64,000 bases of DNA from Neophaeotheca triangularis. Lineage: Eukaryota. Location of the stretch: the NCBI GenBank assembly GCA_054600435.1, contig BAAIJX010000038.1:124001-188000 (forward strand), written 5' to 3'. A program made the position numbers and the translations under genes. Every line of letters begins with the position of its first letter. Position 1 is the first letter of the stretch. The notes beneath the pieces are model-generated. The model was not told the DNA's origin, searched no databases, and was given only the letters and a program-made list of their open reading frames with translations. Shown here one piece after another: positions 1 to 10,854 of the stretch.

Positions 1-993
1 GCAAAGTGTCGGAGAATATGTCTGCGTCGAAGGTTCCGTTTCCATCCGTCTCCTCTGAACGAGACGTCAGAGGCTCACTTGGCGACATGTCTTTTGAGGG
101 ATCGGGTCTCGGAACCGGCGGCCGTGAGAGTGGAGGAAGCGCCGTTGACTCCTGCGCTTGAACCAGCGCAGCTCGGAGCGAGGCTGACAAACAGTCAGCT
201 AGGTACTATATACGTGCGGTCCCGTCACCTTGGCTATTTGTGCAGATACCTGAACTTTCCAGAATAGTCTTGGAGGCGGACTGCAGCTCCACTGCCGCCG
301 GACCAGGGACGCATGTTTCGGAAAGCGTGCGCAGGTCGTTGCTTATCAAAAGCACGAAGAAGAGAGCAGCCGTGTCTCGAAGGCGGCTGTGCTCTACGAC
401 TTCGCCGGGGAGGTCTTTCACAGGCCCTAATTTCATCCCCTTCGAGGGCAGCACGGCAGCTCCGGTGCGGTCATCGACCAGGCATGCGGCCAATGTCAGC
501 GAATGAAGACTAGTCAACGTGAAACAAGACCTACTATCGAGACGACGGAGAGCCCGCGAACCGGCAGTGTGTGCACGAGTGAATTGACTGGTTAGCTCGT
601 CCTCGCCCTCAAGCGCCATTCTGTGACAAAGCACATTTTGGTGCCACCAAACCGAGAACGCCCCGGGCATTGCTCTTGGTACTGGGCGCGGAAGCGATTC
701 CCCCAACGCCGCCGGCGTGAAAAGGACTTCTCTCGCCTTGATCACGCTCGCGTTAGCAGGGCCCAGACATGCTGCCTCTTCGGGTCGAAGCATTGGGCAA
801 AGGTCGTGGATCTGCGTCTCAGGGTCAGTGCATCGCTACTCAGGTCGTCCTACGGGTGTCTTACAATTGTCAATAGATCCGGATCCTGCTTGGCTCCGTG
901 AAGGGAGCGCAAGTCGCTGTCGCTCAGACCATCTCCTTCGATGCGTTCCAGGATTTTGCGCAATTGCGCTAGACTCGGTTTCCCTGTTTCCAT
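1..993 (-). CDS. Orphan multi-exon protein, 3' end runs off the window
   Basis: ATG 993 (METGKPSLAQ...). Intron 864-812 (GTAAGA..CTGAC..CAG) joins in frame to the 206..793 ORF. A further intron near 230-190 (GCTGAC..TCAG) leads to an open frame reaching base 1. Confidence 0.6.
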
Positions 994-1249
994 CGCCAAT
1001 GTCGTACTTACCACATAATGGTGAGCCAGGCGACAACAGAGGCTCCGTGGCTTCGCGACGAGCTTGGAATTAATAATTCGCGCAGTGTCGAGGCAGCACT
1101 TTCCGGAAAAACGCGCAATGTAAAGGGCAAAACACATAAACGGAGTTTTCCAGTAATAGCATGCAGGTGGCAACAAAACGCCACCAACCCCCGCGGCGCC
1201 TCCCCCCTGGTACCTTTGATCGCATACCCTAGTCCCACTAGCCTAGTCT

Positions 1250-3575
1250 CTACTCGTCCCCCGAGGAATCAAGGTCTTCTTCCCCCTCGACTTGCTCCTC
1301 GCCTTCTGTAACTTCTTCTGAACCTTGTAGTGACATATCATCAGGCTCGCTCGACAAACATTCTCCTGTTGCTTCTTGGCCCTCATGTTGGCGCTTGCGC
1401 CGGCGGCGCACCTTCTGGCGGGATTTGCGAGCCTCTTGTCTTGGCCGTTTGCGGCGAGCGTCTATGATCATGGTTAGCAACAGTAGAAACACCTTCATCG
1501 CGCGATGGCTCACATCCGTAATCCCAGGCTGCTTGGTGGACGTGTCTCAAGGTTGTATGGTACGAAGTCGCGTCGAAACTTTTGTTCGCGCTGGTCGATT
1601 GACGATTCACGATGCTGACGGGGCCCGAGGCGTCCAGTACCCTTCGCAGCTCGCGCCAAAGGCTGTGATCTTGCACGCTCAAGACATAGCGTGCAACATT
1701 GACGCCCTCGAGCACGAGAGGATGATCGAGCCGGGCTACGCCGGTCTGTCTGCGTTCGGCAAAAATGGCTGGGCTCTGCTCGGCCGTGTAGTCAAACAAG
1801 TGCCGAGCTTCAACCTTGAGGGCGGGGTCCGGCAGCTGCATATTCTGGCCGCAAGCATAGGAGACAATGAATTCCGCCGGCAATGCAAAGTAGCAACACC
1901 AGGGCCCACCGCCAGCCGTAGTATCGCCTCCGTCCATCAGACTTCCGATAATCATAGGGTAGGGGCTGACTGCGGTTTTGAATGGCGCAGGCTTGCGCCA
2001 ATGAATCGCTTTGAAGATCAACGGGAACGACTGCGGGCTCGCCATCATTCGGCTGGCTTCCATGGTGTGGTTTTGCAGGCGCAGTAGAATGCATCGAACA
2101 TCGCCCCTGCAAAGCTCACGCGAGTATACGTGGAGCGGGAGTTTGCCGCCAAAGTCGTCGTATTGCTGCTTCTGATCATCGGTCCAGCTGTGGGCCACGA
2201 ACACGTGCGTAGCAAGTGGGTGGAACGGGTCTAACGGCAAGACGATACCGTAGCCTTGGTGCCGACTTATTTCATTGAGTTGCGGGCAAAGAGAAGGGAG
2301 GGTGGTTGGAACGGTAATTCGAGCACGCTCAGAGAATTTGATCTCTGCGATAAGGCGTTTGATCCTCCGGCTCTTTGCAGCCAGCATGTCTACCGAAATC
2401 TCATGCGGCTGAACGTTTGCCAAAACGGAAGCGGCTTTTTGTCGCGCAGCGTCGGCATGTTGCCTGATATGTTGAAGGGCCTCGGGGAAAGTGGCGAAAG
2501 TGTGGTCGCTTCGGAACCCCGGAGGAAACGGATCACTAAAGTCCAGGTGATCGCCCCAGTCGTCCCCAACTTCGTCACGCATCACGCAAAGGATTCCCTT
2601 GTCCGAGTCCATCCACAAGACGTGCCAAATGCGCCGCCTTTTCCAGGGAGATCGTGCACCGGGCCCAAGCAATGCACCACCTGCGCCCCCGCCGTCGTAC
2701 TTGTGCTCAACCCTTAGCGTACCAATGTCCGGAAGGCTCATCAGGAAGTCGAAAAAGAGAGGCGCTAAGGGGTTCGGTTGGACTCTCCCGCCTGCATCCT
2801 CAATAAGCGCCCACAATCTTAGGTAGGCCTCGTTCGACGAATTCGAAGTTGGTGAGCCGGTGATGGATGTCACAGCAGAAGATCGAGACCCGTTGACCCT
2901 AAACCCCTCGAGCTCAATACCCGTGGTTGGATTGCGGTAAGCGGTGCCGGCCACTACAGCGTCGGCTATGCTGTTATAAGCGTCTCTGAGGTCCGGTAGA
3001 GAAACCATGAATGGCTGGAACCAGGCTGGTATGCCATTGATAAGCGGTTCAACACCGTGAACCGCACCCCGCGCGCGCTTCCATGCTTGATATGGGAGAA
3101 TGGCGAGGTGATCTGCAACGTTCTCGAAAGCGATGACGATGAGTTCGGCGGGCTGTTCCCCAGAATAGCTCGCGCTGTGGCGGTAGTCCTGTTGGTGGAA
3201 AACCTGGCCCCGTAGGGCGATGTATTTGACGTCGAACGGCACAAAAGAAGCTTTCGGGTGCTCTTGTAGCCAAACGTCCCGATCAAGGAGTCCATGCAAG
3301 GCTATCGGATCGCGGACGGCGCCTGGGGGATAGCATACGAACGCACCATCGACGGCCGCCGACTCAAGTGCTGATAAGTGTCAGTGAGTGCTTGTTACCA
3401 CATGGCTAAGGCGCGTACATCGGATTGCTCCAACACCGGCTGCGCGCAGTTGGTCAAACACCCAGGCTTCGCCTAGCATCGCAGCGATCAAGACAGCAGC
3501 ATGTCCTCTAAGGTGAGAACTTGCTCTGCGGATAACGTCTGTCACGCTAGGGTCTCGGGAATGAAGCGCTTCCAT
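1250..3575 (-). CDS. 741-aa protein with tandem PD-(D/E)XK restriction-endonuclease-like motifs, basic NLS and acidic tail
   Basis: Exons 3575-3419, 3370-1514, 1461-1250. Introns GTACGC..CTGAC..CAG (48 nt) and GTGAGC..GCTAAC..TAG (52 nt) both keep the frame. Motifs GEAWV..VDG..FDVK and NEAY..FDF..VEHK. C-terminus RRKRPR..RRRRKR followed by a D/E-rich tail. Confidence 0.7.
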
Positions 3576-3831
3576 CGAGGGCAGTGTCCTTTGAACGGTG
3601 TCGTTGAGTATGTGCTGCGACGAAGGAGGTTGCTGAGCCGGTGTGCGGGAACCTCCAGCTGGAAGCCAAGCGCGCAACTTGCGGGGTCACGGATTTGCTG
3701 ACGCAGCCTTCGACACGCGTTTACTAACCGCCGGTCACTGGAACAAAAACAGCATAATCAGTAGGACACCCTCACACCCGAAGGGCCTCAGTGCAAGGAG
3801 CATTAAGGTTGTCACGAGCATCTGCAGGCGG

Positions 3832-4917
3832 ATGGCGAACCCCGGTAATGGAGGCCCAGCGGCAAGGAGCGCCGGCTTTCAAGAGTTGGGATCCGAGAGT
3901 GAGCAAGAGCAGGGGACAGACGGGATTTTGCCACAAGGTCAAGAGCCGGAAGCAGTGGAATACCAGATGGCGCTCTTCCTCAGTCTACCAGCCGAGGACC
4001 GCCAGGCGGACCTTTTTCCAGAGCTGGCGGACGGGCGCCTGTTGGATTTAAGGAAGCTGGCGAGCGCATGGCCTTCGTGCTTGGCCTTTGCCAACGGAAG
4101 ATCCCGCACAGTCCTACCCCTCGAGGCCGCTTTCACGCTGTGCGTGAACAGACACGTTGTCAAGCGGGACACTGCTCTAGGTACGTTGGACCTTTGAATA
4201 GGCTCTACGTTGCTGTTTGGTCTTGCTGCTGCGGTCGCTGATGATGCTGAAGGCATGTTGCGCCATTGTCTCAACACGACCACAGGGTTTACGGGCTTCT
4301 TGTTTGCGCGACGTGTTTGGTCGGATCACCAAAAGCGTACATACGACGAATCTACACCCTTCCAGCAGCTGAAGCTGAGCAGTGCGCACGTTCCGTTCCT
4401 GTGGGACAGGTGAGCTTCGTCTGTTCTACGTATGGGCATCCCAGTTGCTGATTACAAAAGACCGAACACCAGAATTTTGAAAGTCAGGGTCACTCACACC
4501 AAGTCCGGCCAGCAAGGCTTGGAACATTTTGCGACACGTATCAACACTGCTAGGCCGCAAACTATCGGCCAGTGGGCCGGTGATAGGTGCCTATTGCTGG
4601 TGTTCATGAGGCGGGGTATGCTTTTGTCCAGCACTAAATCGCTCATGAGGTATAGGCAGGCTGCCACTGGCGCTGTCCGCGTTGAGTTGGAAGACAAGAC
4701 TGATCATTGCAATGTGCGTTTCGTATTCCAGACCAACCACCGCGACTACGATACCTGGGAAAATTCTAATGTGGTGCGATTCGGAGATGGTTGCGAGGAG
4801 CGTTTGCTGTCTGCGATGATTAATGTGTACGACGGTCTCGAAAGCGGTCGAAGTGTGCACGGGGTGGAGTTTGACAGTTGGTCTTGGGTATTTGACCGCC
4901 TTTTTCCTGGGGAGTAG
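3832..4917 (+). CDS. Orphan 3-exon protein divergent from the nuclease-like gene
   Basis: ATG 3832. Introns 4181-4252 (GTACGT..GCTGAT..AAG) and 4410-4460 (GTGAGC..CTGAT..AAG) join three same-frame ORFs. Confidence 0.65.
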
Positions 4918-5173
4918 CTAGACTAATAACGATTGCGGTGGACGTTATCGCTGGCGGTAAAAGATTGTATGTCGTTGAAGTAAAAATTGACGCGCGGGTT
5001 TAGCTCGCACGGGGCCAACCTTGAAGATGTTTTAGCCGACTAGTAGGGCCCTCGGGAGGTACACAACACCTTACCCGTCCGTGTGCCCGTCCTAGCCCGT
5101 CCGTTTCATCGACATCCACTCTCGTGCGGACACTGAATACCTCACGGAAGACATTCTGCTTTTCTGCGTACAG

Positions 5174-5830
5174 TCCGGTCTTGGCGAATCCGAGGGTTCG
5201 TGCATTGATCGAGTTCTTACCCCACCTCAAAGACAGTCTCGAGGAAGTGCGTCGTACAATGGTCAAACATCAAAATCTCACACGATTTAGCAATGTCAAT
5301 GACCTGGAACAAGTCCACAAAGCTAAGCTAATGTTTAAAAACGCTCTCTTACAACAGACTCTTCGGAGCCGAACAAACCTCTCCATCCCTACTCACCATG
5401 TCGAGATTGCATTCGGACTTTCCAATGCCCAAGCCCTCGAGCTACTACACAACCACTCCACTCAAAAAGGAAACAAAGGTCCACCTCTACCATGCACTTG
5501 ACAACCCAACAACGTCGAAAGCGGGCGCGAGAACAATCCATTCGATTTCATTGACTGGCACGAATCTGACCACGTCTTCACTGGGCAAACGAGCCACAAT
5601 CGACGCAGCAACGCACCAACACTGCTGGAGGCGGATGTGAAAGAGAAAACCACCTCAAGACATTGTCATCGCCCGCTATATCAAGGCAGACGCCACTTGC
5701 CCGCCACCACGACGCTACAATCGCTCCATCCATTTCGATCTGTCGAAGCGACACTTTGCTACGTGAGAGCTTCGCAAAGAACGCCGCCAGGCCGAAAGAA
5801 CTTAACAATCTGGGCTGAAGAGCTGAGGTC
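5174..5830 (+). pseudogene. Degraded coding remnant
   Basis: Protein-like stretches in three different frames, broken by TGA/TAA stops. A branch site and acceptor GCTAAT..ACAG end at 5357. Confidence 0.3.
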
Positions 5831-6322
5831 AAGCGATTGGGCATTCGCGACTCGAGGCTTTTCCGGGTGGTTTTTACCGTGGGGATGGGTGTCGGAGCCG
5901 AGACGATAGGGTCACGATCCTGGTACTATCTCTCGAGCAAAGGTGTCAAGAGGGATGCGAAGATTACCACGAAACGTCGACGGGGGGCGAAACAAAGTGA
6001 AAAGCGATTTGGGGAGGAGCAGAGGTGGCTGGCCACCACCTTTGCTCCCCTCCATTTCGCATTCCGCCCACAAAGAGCGCCTTGAGGAGGGGAGTGTTGG
6101 AAGGATGTGGGTGGGGACTAAAAACAAGCCGACAGCGCGGTTCACTACAGTTTGGCGGAAATTGGTGTGGGAGGGGAGGCAGTGTTGTGGGGCTCTATCG
6201 ACCAAAGATGAGCAGGCGAGTGGATTGAAGATGGCTGGACGCAGCCCGCGATAGAGGCGAGGAAGCGGGAGATCCTTTCGTTGTAGATGGATTCCATTTG
6301 TCTGATAATGTAGATAGGGCTG

Positions 6323-6379
6323 CTCCGAGCTCGCGAGACTGAAGTGGCTGGCCACCACCTCAGTCTCGCGAGCTCGGAG
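6323..6379. repeat. Perfect inverted repeat, 20-bp arms with 17-nt spacer
   Basis: CTCCGAGCTCGCGAGACTGA (6323-6342) and its exact reverse complement (6360-6379). Confidence 0.95.
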
Positions 6380-6719
6380 TGTCTACAGATCCGGGGGAAC
6401 AATCATGAAATCGAAGCATTGGAAGTGTGTATACAGCGTGTAGAGGGCGTGTCACGGGATAATGTGGGCAATCCGAGACAGTCAAAGCTCTTCGTTTCCC
6501 ACCGAGCCCAATTCTTCATTCTCAACATGGCTACAAGTCGCTTCGGTGAGAACGAGCAACCGTAAGCGCGCACGCAACCAACGGGGGCCCCGATCACTGC
6601 CTTTGAAATGAACGGCGACGCCGATACAGAAGCCAAGTATGTTACGGCGACATCTGCCCCGTCACTGAGCCCGCCGACAGCTGACACGTCCTACTTGTAG
6701 GCGTTCGCAGCAGAGAATC

Positions 6720-7037
6720 ATGGAACGCAGCGCTTGGTGGCTCTCCTGTCCACTCCGCGCCCTGGCCGCCCTTGTCACAGCCGCATTATACGTCTCCGTG
6801 TCGCACCTGACCTCACGAGTGGCACCTCTCCCTTCGCTCCTAAACCCACCGCTAGAGCGACATTGGACAACAAACGCATGTTCGCTCGGTCTCATCCTTC
6901 TGCTTTATGAAGCAATCGGCGCCCTCTACGTCCGCCTGCTGCGCTGGGCATTTTTGCCGACCGACGCTTTGCTCGCGGAGTACCAGGAGCGTACTACGGG
7001 AAGAAGCGCACTTGAGTTCAGAAGGCATGAGTTTTGA
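6720..7037 (+). CDS. Small protein with two hydrophobic segments
   Basis: ATG-initiated 105-aa ORF with two TM-like stretches. Confidence 0.4.
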   Translation: MERSAWWLSCPLRALAALVTAALYVSVSHLTSRVAPLPSLLNPPLERHWTTNACSLGLILLLYEAIGALYVRLLRWAFLPTDALLAEYQERTTGRSALEFRRHEF

Positions 7038-7226
7038 TGGTCGAGGGTTGGAAGGGAAGCGATATGGATCACGAGGGCGAAAAGGTGTAGGGTGGGGAAG
7101 TGCGCTGGTACCGTGTAGTGTACGAGGCTGGAACACTTGATATTATTATTCAGACATGGGAGGTACTGTAGTGCAGCCAACTGTTGTTATGACGCATCCC
7201 ACGCTCCCGTCCGCCCCAGAAAATCA

Positions 7227-8198
7227 TCACCACAGGGCCCCCTCCATCTCCTCCAGCCCATCGACAGTGCAAACATCCCCCACACTTTCGCGGATCCCAA
7301 GGGACGCTGCCAACAGTTGCATGTTCAGTAGGCAGTGGTCGATACAAGCCTTTGCATTCCTGAGCTCTCTGCCGTTGAGAGATAGAAAGAAAGTTTCCGT
7401 CCGAAGTTCCCCGCCATCATCGTCAGCTTGGACCGCGCCATCTCCACCTCCGCCAGCCGTTTCGTCCACGTTTCCCAGCGCCTCGACGTCGGACAGCGCC
7501 TTGTTCAATGCCTTTGCCAACGCCACTTCACTTTCCGTGAGCCGCGCCTTTGCACGAAGACACCTCTCCTGCCGGAGCCGCAGCTCCTTCGCGTCGTTTG
7601 TGATTTCGCGTACCGTGACTCCGGACTCGGCGGCTTTCTGGACGAATTTGCTCCCGCCGGCGCAGTCTGGGCAACGGTCAACTTTCATGACCGCGCCGAT
7701 GCAGAGTGTTTCCCGGACCGTGTAGAGATGGCGTGAGTCTGCGAGGTAGCGCTGAACCGGGGCTTTCAGGTAAACGGAAACGTGGGCGACGTCTGCGATG
7801 GTGGTCTCGACGTCTTCTAGGAGGTCTCTGTCGGCGGAAAAGTCGAAGCACTGAGTCGGCCCTCCGGTAGGTCTCGTGGATGGTGCCGAGAGGAGCAACG
7901 CGAATACTAGGAGTAGCTTGGCCGCGAGGAGGGAAGAGCGGCGAAGCCAAGCGAACCAGCTAGAGACTCTAGCATAGGTACCTTGGGCGACACCTAGGGC
8001 CTCGTTCTCCTCGAGGCATTCCAAAATCCACATGAAGAGCTGCACCAACCAGGCCAACAGTGAGCGCAGAATTCCGCCCGTACAGAGCAACATCTCGCCA
8101 ACGAGCAGCCAACCGAGCAAGGTGTCGGCAAAACCAGCCCACAGCACACACGTCGCGCAAGCCCACCACACGCAGTAAAGTCGCCATGTTTTGATCAT
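7227..8198 (-). CDS. Orphan protein: N-terminal TM segments, CxxC, coiled coil
   Basis: 323-aa ATG ORF with hydrophobic N-terminus, RCPDC and a heptad-like C-terminal half. Confidence 0.6.
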   Translation of the reverse strand: MIKTWRLYCVWWACATCVLWAGFADTLLGWLLVGEMLLCTGGILRSLLAWLVQLFMWILECLEENEALGVAQGTYARVSSWFAWLRRSSLLAAKLLLVFALLLSAPSTRPTGGPTQCFDFSADRDLLEDVETTIADVAHVSVYLKAPVQRYLADSRHLYTVRETLCIGAVMKVDRCPDCAGGSKFVQKAAESGVTVREITNDAKELRLRQERCLRAKARLTESEVALAKALNKALSDVEALGNVDETAGGGGDGAVQADDDGGELRTETFFLSLNGRELRNAKACIDHCLLNMQLLAASLGIRESVGDVCTVDGLEEMEGALW

Positions 8199-8564
8199 TC
8201 TTTCGTCGAAGCCGATGTGGTGCCCTCAAGTGGTGTAAATGCGAACAGCAACTCGTCTGAGAGCGAGCGAGAATGGCGGCCCCAAGAAAGAGTCGCGTGG
8301 TTTTCACGCAAAGGGGGTTTGGCGGCAAATGCAGCCAGCCGCAAAGCCCCTTGTCTAGAAGAGGATCAGGGGAGACTTTTGTTTGACTTCCGACCGCCCT
8401 TTTTGCGCTCCCGCGTTGATCTCCCAACTCCATCTCAGTCCTGACATGACCGCGCACGCTCGATGAGAACGTCCCCAAAACCCGTCCACATCAATTTACA
8501 TCAACAAGATCCGATACAACATCACCCTACTCCTCAATCGACTCGTACTGAGCCAAACCTCGCA

Positions 8565-9425
8565 ATGGCCGCGAACCGGTACTTCACAGCACAATACGTG
8601 CCAGACACCCGATCCATCCAGATCGGCCATTGCAAGTGTGGCTGCGACGACGCCGCCTTCGCAATCCTCAAAGGCATCGGTGGTGATTTCGACGTTAGCC
8701 AGTGCCGGAACGGCAACAGCAAGTTCACCTCTGTCAAGCTCGCCAAAGACATATCCCATCTGAACCCCGACTATCCAAAGCGCCCCACCAGCAAGAAGTT
8801 GTTGAAGAGCAACATCAGCACCTGGATCTCGTACCGCGAACTCTCGTCGGCCCTTGTGCAAAGCAACGACGTCGATTACCTACGTATGATCAGACCGGCC
8901 GACGACTCCATGGCACTCGTACCTTACCGCGAAGCCACCACGACCGATGACGAGGACGATGGGAACGGCGGCTTCGACACCGTCACCGTCGTGCCGCGTC
9001 CGCCACCGGGACACGTGGAAGCGACGAGAGTCACGGCGTTGCTCCACGTGGCCAAGGAATTCGCCCTTACTAACTGGAAGGCCCTTGCCAAGGACACGGC
9101 CATTCTACTAACAGCCTGGCACCTCCGCGACGGCCAACATTTCGTCACGGTGCTGAACGCCATTCTCCCAAAGTACTACGTCAGCCTTCCGGACTGGCTC
9201 CCTACCGCGACCGCGCTTACAATCGCCACGATGCAGGAGACGCTCACCACGCCGGCGTCTACCAGCATGTACGACATTGTGGCTGGCTCTCGGGGGGGAA
9301 GCCTCTCTCTCCCGGTGCCTCCGCCGCGCCGCAGCCTGCGCATTCGCGAGCCGAGCCCAGGTGCGGAAGAGCGCAGGCGAGCGGTCGCCGCAGCGACCCA
9401 GTTGCGAATTGAGAAAAACTGCTGA
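8565..9425 (+). CDS. Orphan protein, possibly with a degenerate KilA-N/APSES-like region
   Basis: Long ORF with C-ending codon bias, ATG 8565. FTSVKLAK...STWISY weakly resembles KilA-N (NATKLxK...GTW). The CDS is well supported; the domain is speculative. Confidence 0.6.
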   Translation: MAANRYFTAQYVPDTRSIQIGHCKCGCDDAAFAILKGIGGDFDVSQCRNGNSKFTSVKLAKDISHLNPDYPKRPTSKKLLKSNISTWISYRELSSALVQSNDVDYLRMIRPADDSMALVPYREATTTDDEDDGNGGFDTVTVVPRPPPGHVEATRVTALLHVAKEFALTNWKALAKDTAILLTAWHLRDGQHFVTVLNAILPKYYVSLPDWLPTATALTIATMQETLTTPASTSMYDIVAGSRGGSLSLPVPPPRRSLRIREPSPGAEERRRAVAAATQLRIEKNC

Positions 9426-9897
9426 AGAATGATCTCGCTCACGAGGCAGATTGGAGGTTGGAGGGCTGTTGGCTACACAAGTTTAGCTGCCCCTCCGGGC
9501 GTGGCACGCGAGGCTACACGCATTGGGTGTTTTCTGAACTAAGAGCCGGAATGGTGGGTGGGAAGGCTTGTAAATGGACATCATGTTGAGGACGAGTGTG
9601 GTGTCGGGCGGAAGGGTTGACAGCGGAGGCATAGTGTCGGAGCAGATTTTCATTTTTGCACTCAATGTTTTGGTAGCAGTAAGGAACCTTGGACATTCGT
9701 ACTTGATACATGGAAAGTGTGGAGCTTGACAGCCCGAGCCCTGGCCTTGGCCTCGCAACACACAATATGTTGGTATTCAGTAGGTATCCAATGCTATTTC
9801 GATCAACACGAGCGATGCTGCGAACGAGGACGTACCCAGACGGAGGTCCTCCGTCCGGCTCTCGAGCCGTCGATCCATCACCCCCGACCTCCCTGGC

Positions 9898-10468
9898 TTA
9901 GCGGCTATCCAACACCCAGCCGAACCTTGCCCTCCAACTGGCTATCAGCTGCGCCCGACGGTTCCTGGCACCAGAGAAGCCTCGCCCGTTGACTGTGCGT
10001 GAGAACTGGGGGAGCCACTGGAAGGAGTGACACGGGTGGTCGGTAGCCGTGTCGTCGGCGAGGATGGGGTTCGGTATGTCGCCGCAGCGCGGGGGGACAC
10101 CACGGGAGAGTGCGTACTTCAGGACGGGCGGTCCTCCGTTGCTGCCTCGCAGTAGACGCATGATGACGGTGTGAGTTTGCACAGCTCCATTGTCCATGGC
10201 CAAGTGTAGAGTCCCGACTTCGATGTAGCGGTTGCCGTTGACTGGCCCGTCCTCCGCGATGTTGTTGGGCGTGCGAGCGGCGCTACGGACGCCCTGGTCG
10301 TCTGTGGTGAGATCGACGACTTCGGATCCGCGCGTGTCGACAGAAACTGCCGTGCTTGATTCGTTCGCATTGCCGGCTGGAGAGACCTCCGTATTTGGCT
10401 TCGAAGGTTTTAGCACTGATCCACCGTATCTCCGACATGTGACTTACTTTTGGAGTCGAGCCGTCCAT
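9898..10468 (-). CDS. Orphan 2-exon protein with SIM-like VVDLTTDD
   Basis: ATG 10468. Phase-0 intron 10447-10399 (GTAAGT..AAG) joins MDGSTPK to the 9898..10416 ORF. Confidence 0.55.
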
Positions 10469-10854
10469 CGCGTCTTGGGATGGTACTGCCTGTAATTATT
10501 GTTGGGAGCAGGTCCTGATGCGGCAATGATGGCAAACGTTACGTCGACTTCTGACTGCGAAGTCCCTGTAGTTGAGCCAAAGATCGCGTCTTGCGTTATG
10601 TCCGAATGGTGAAGGTGTTGCTCATGTCTCAGCTCGATGTTACTGTTCGACACAATGTGAGTCGCTCCCGCCTAGCCAGCGTGTCGGTTCAGTCATTTAA
10701 ACTCCTTTACCTTCCTACAAGTGGCAGCACACCGACAACCTCTCCCAAAACTTTCTCCACAATCATCCTCCAAAGTCGCTCTCGACAGGACGACGCTCGA
10801 CGGGACTCATCCACAAAACGACCGCCCCAGCCTCATCTGCTCCCTCCAGACACT

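Noticed and set aside
4181..4252. In-frame TGA at 4195 suggesting recoding or a 21-nt micro-intron
   Set aside because: A normal 72-nt intron (GTACGT..GCTGAT..AAG) removes the stop in frame.
3685..5917. GGTCACG matches (about 3685 and 5910) as the missing tRNA 5' end
   Set aside because: A 7-mer is expected by chance, neither is followed by T, and neither sits at a boundary in gene content.
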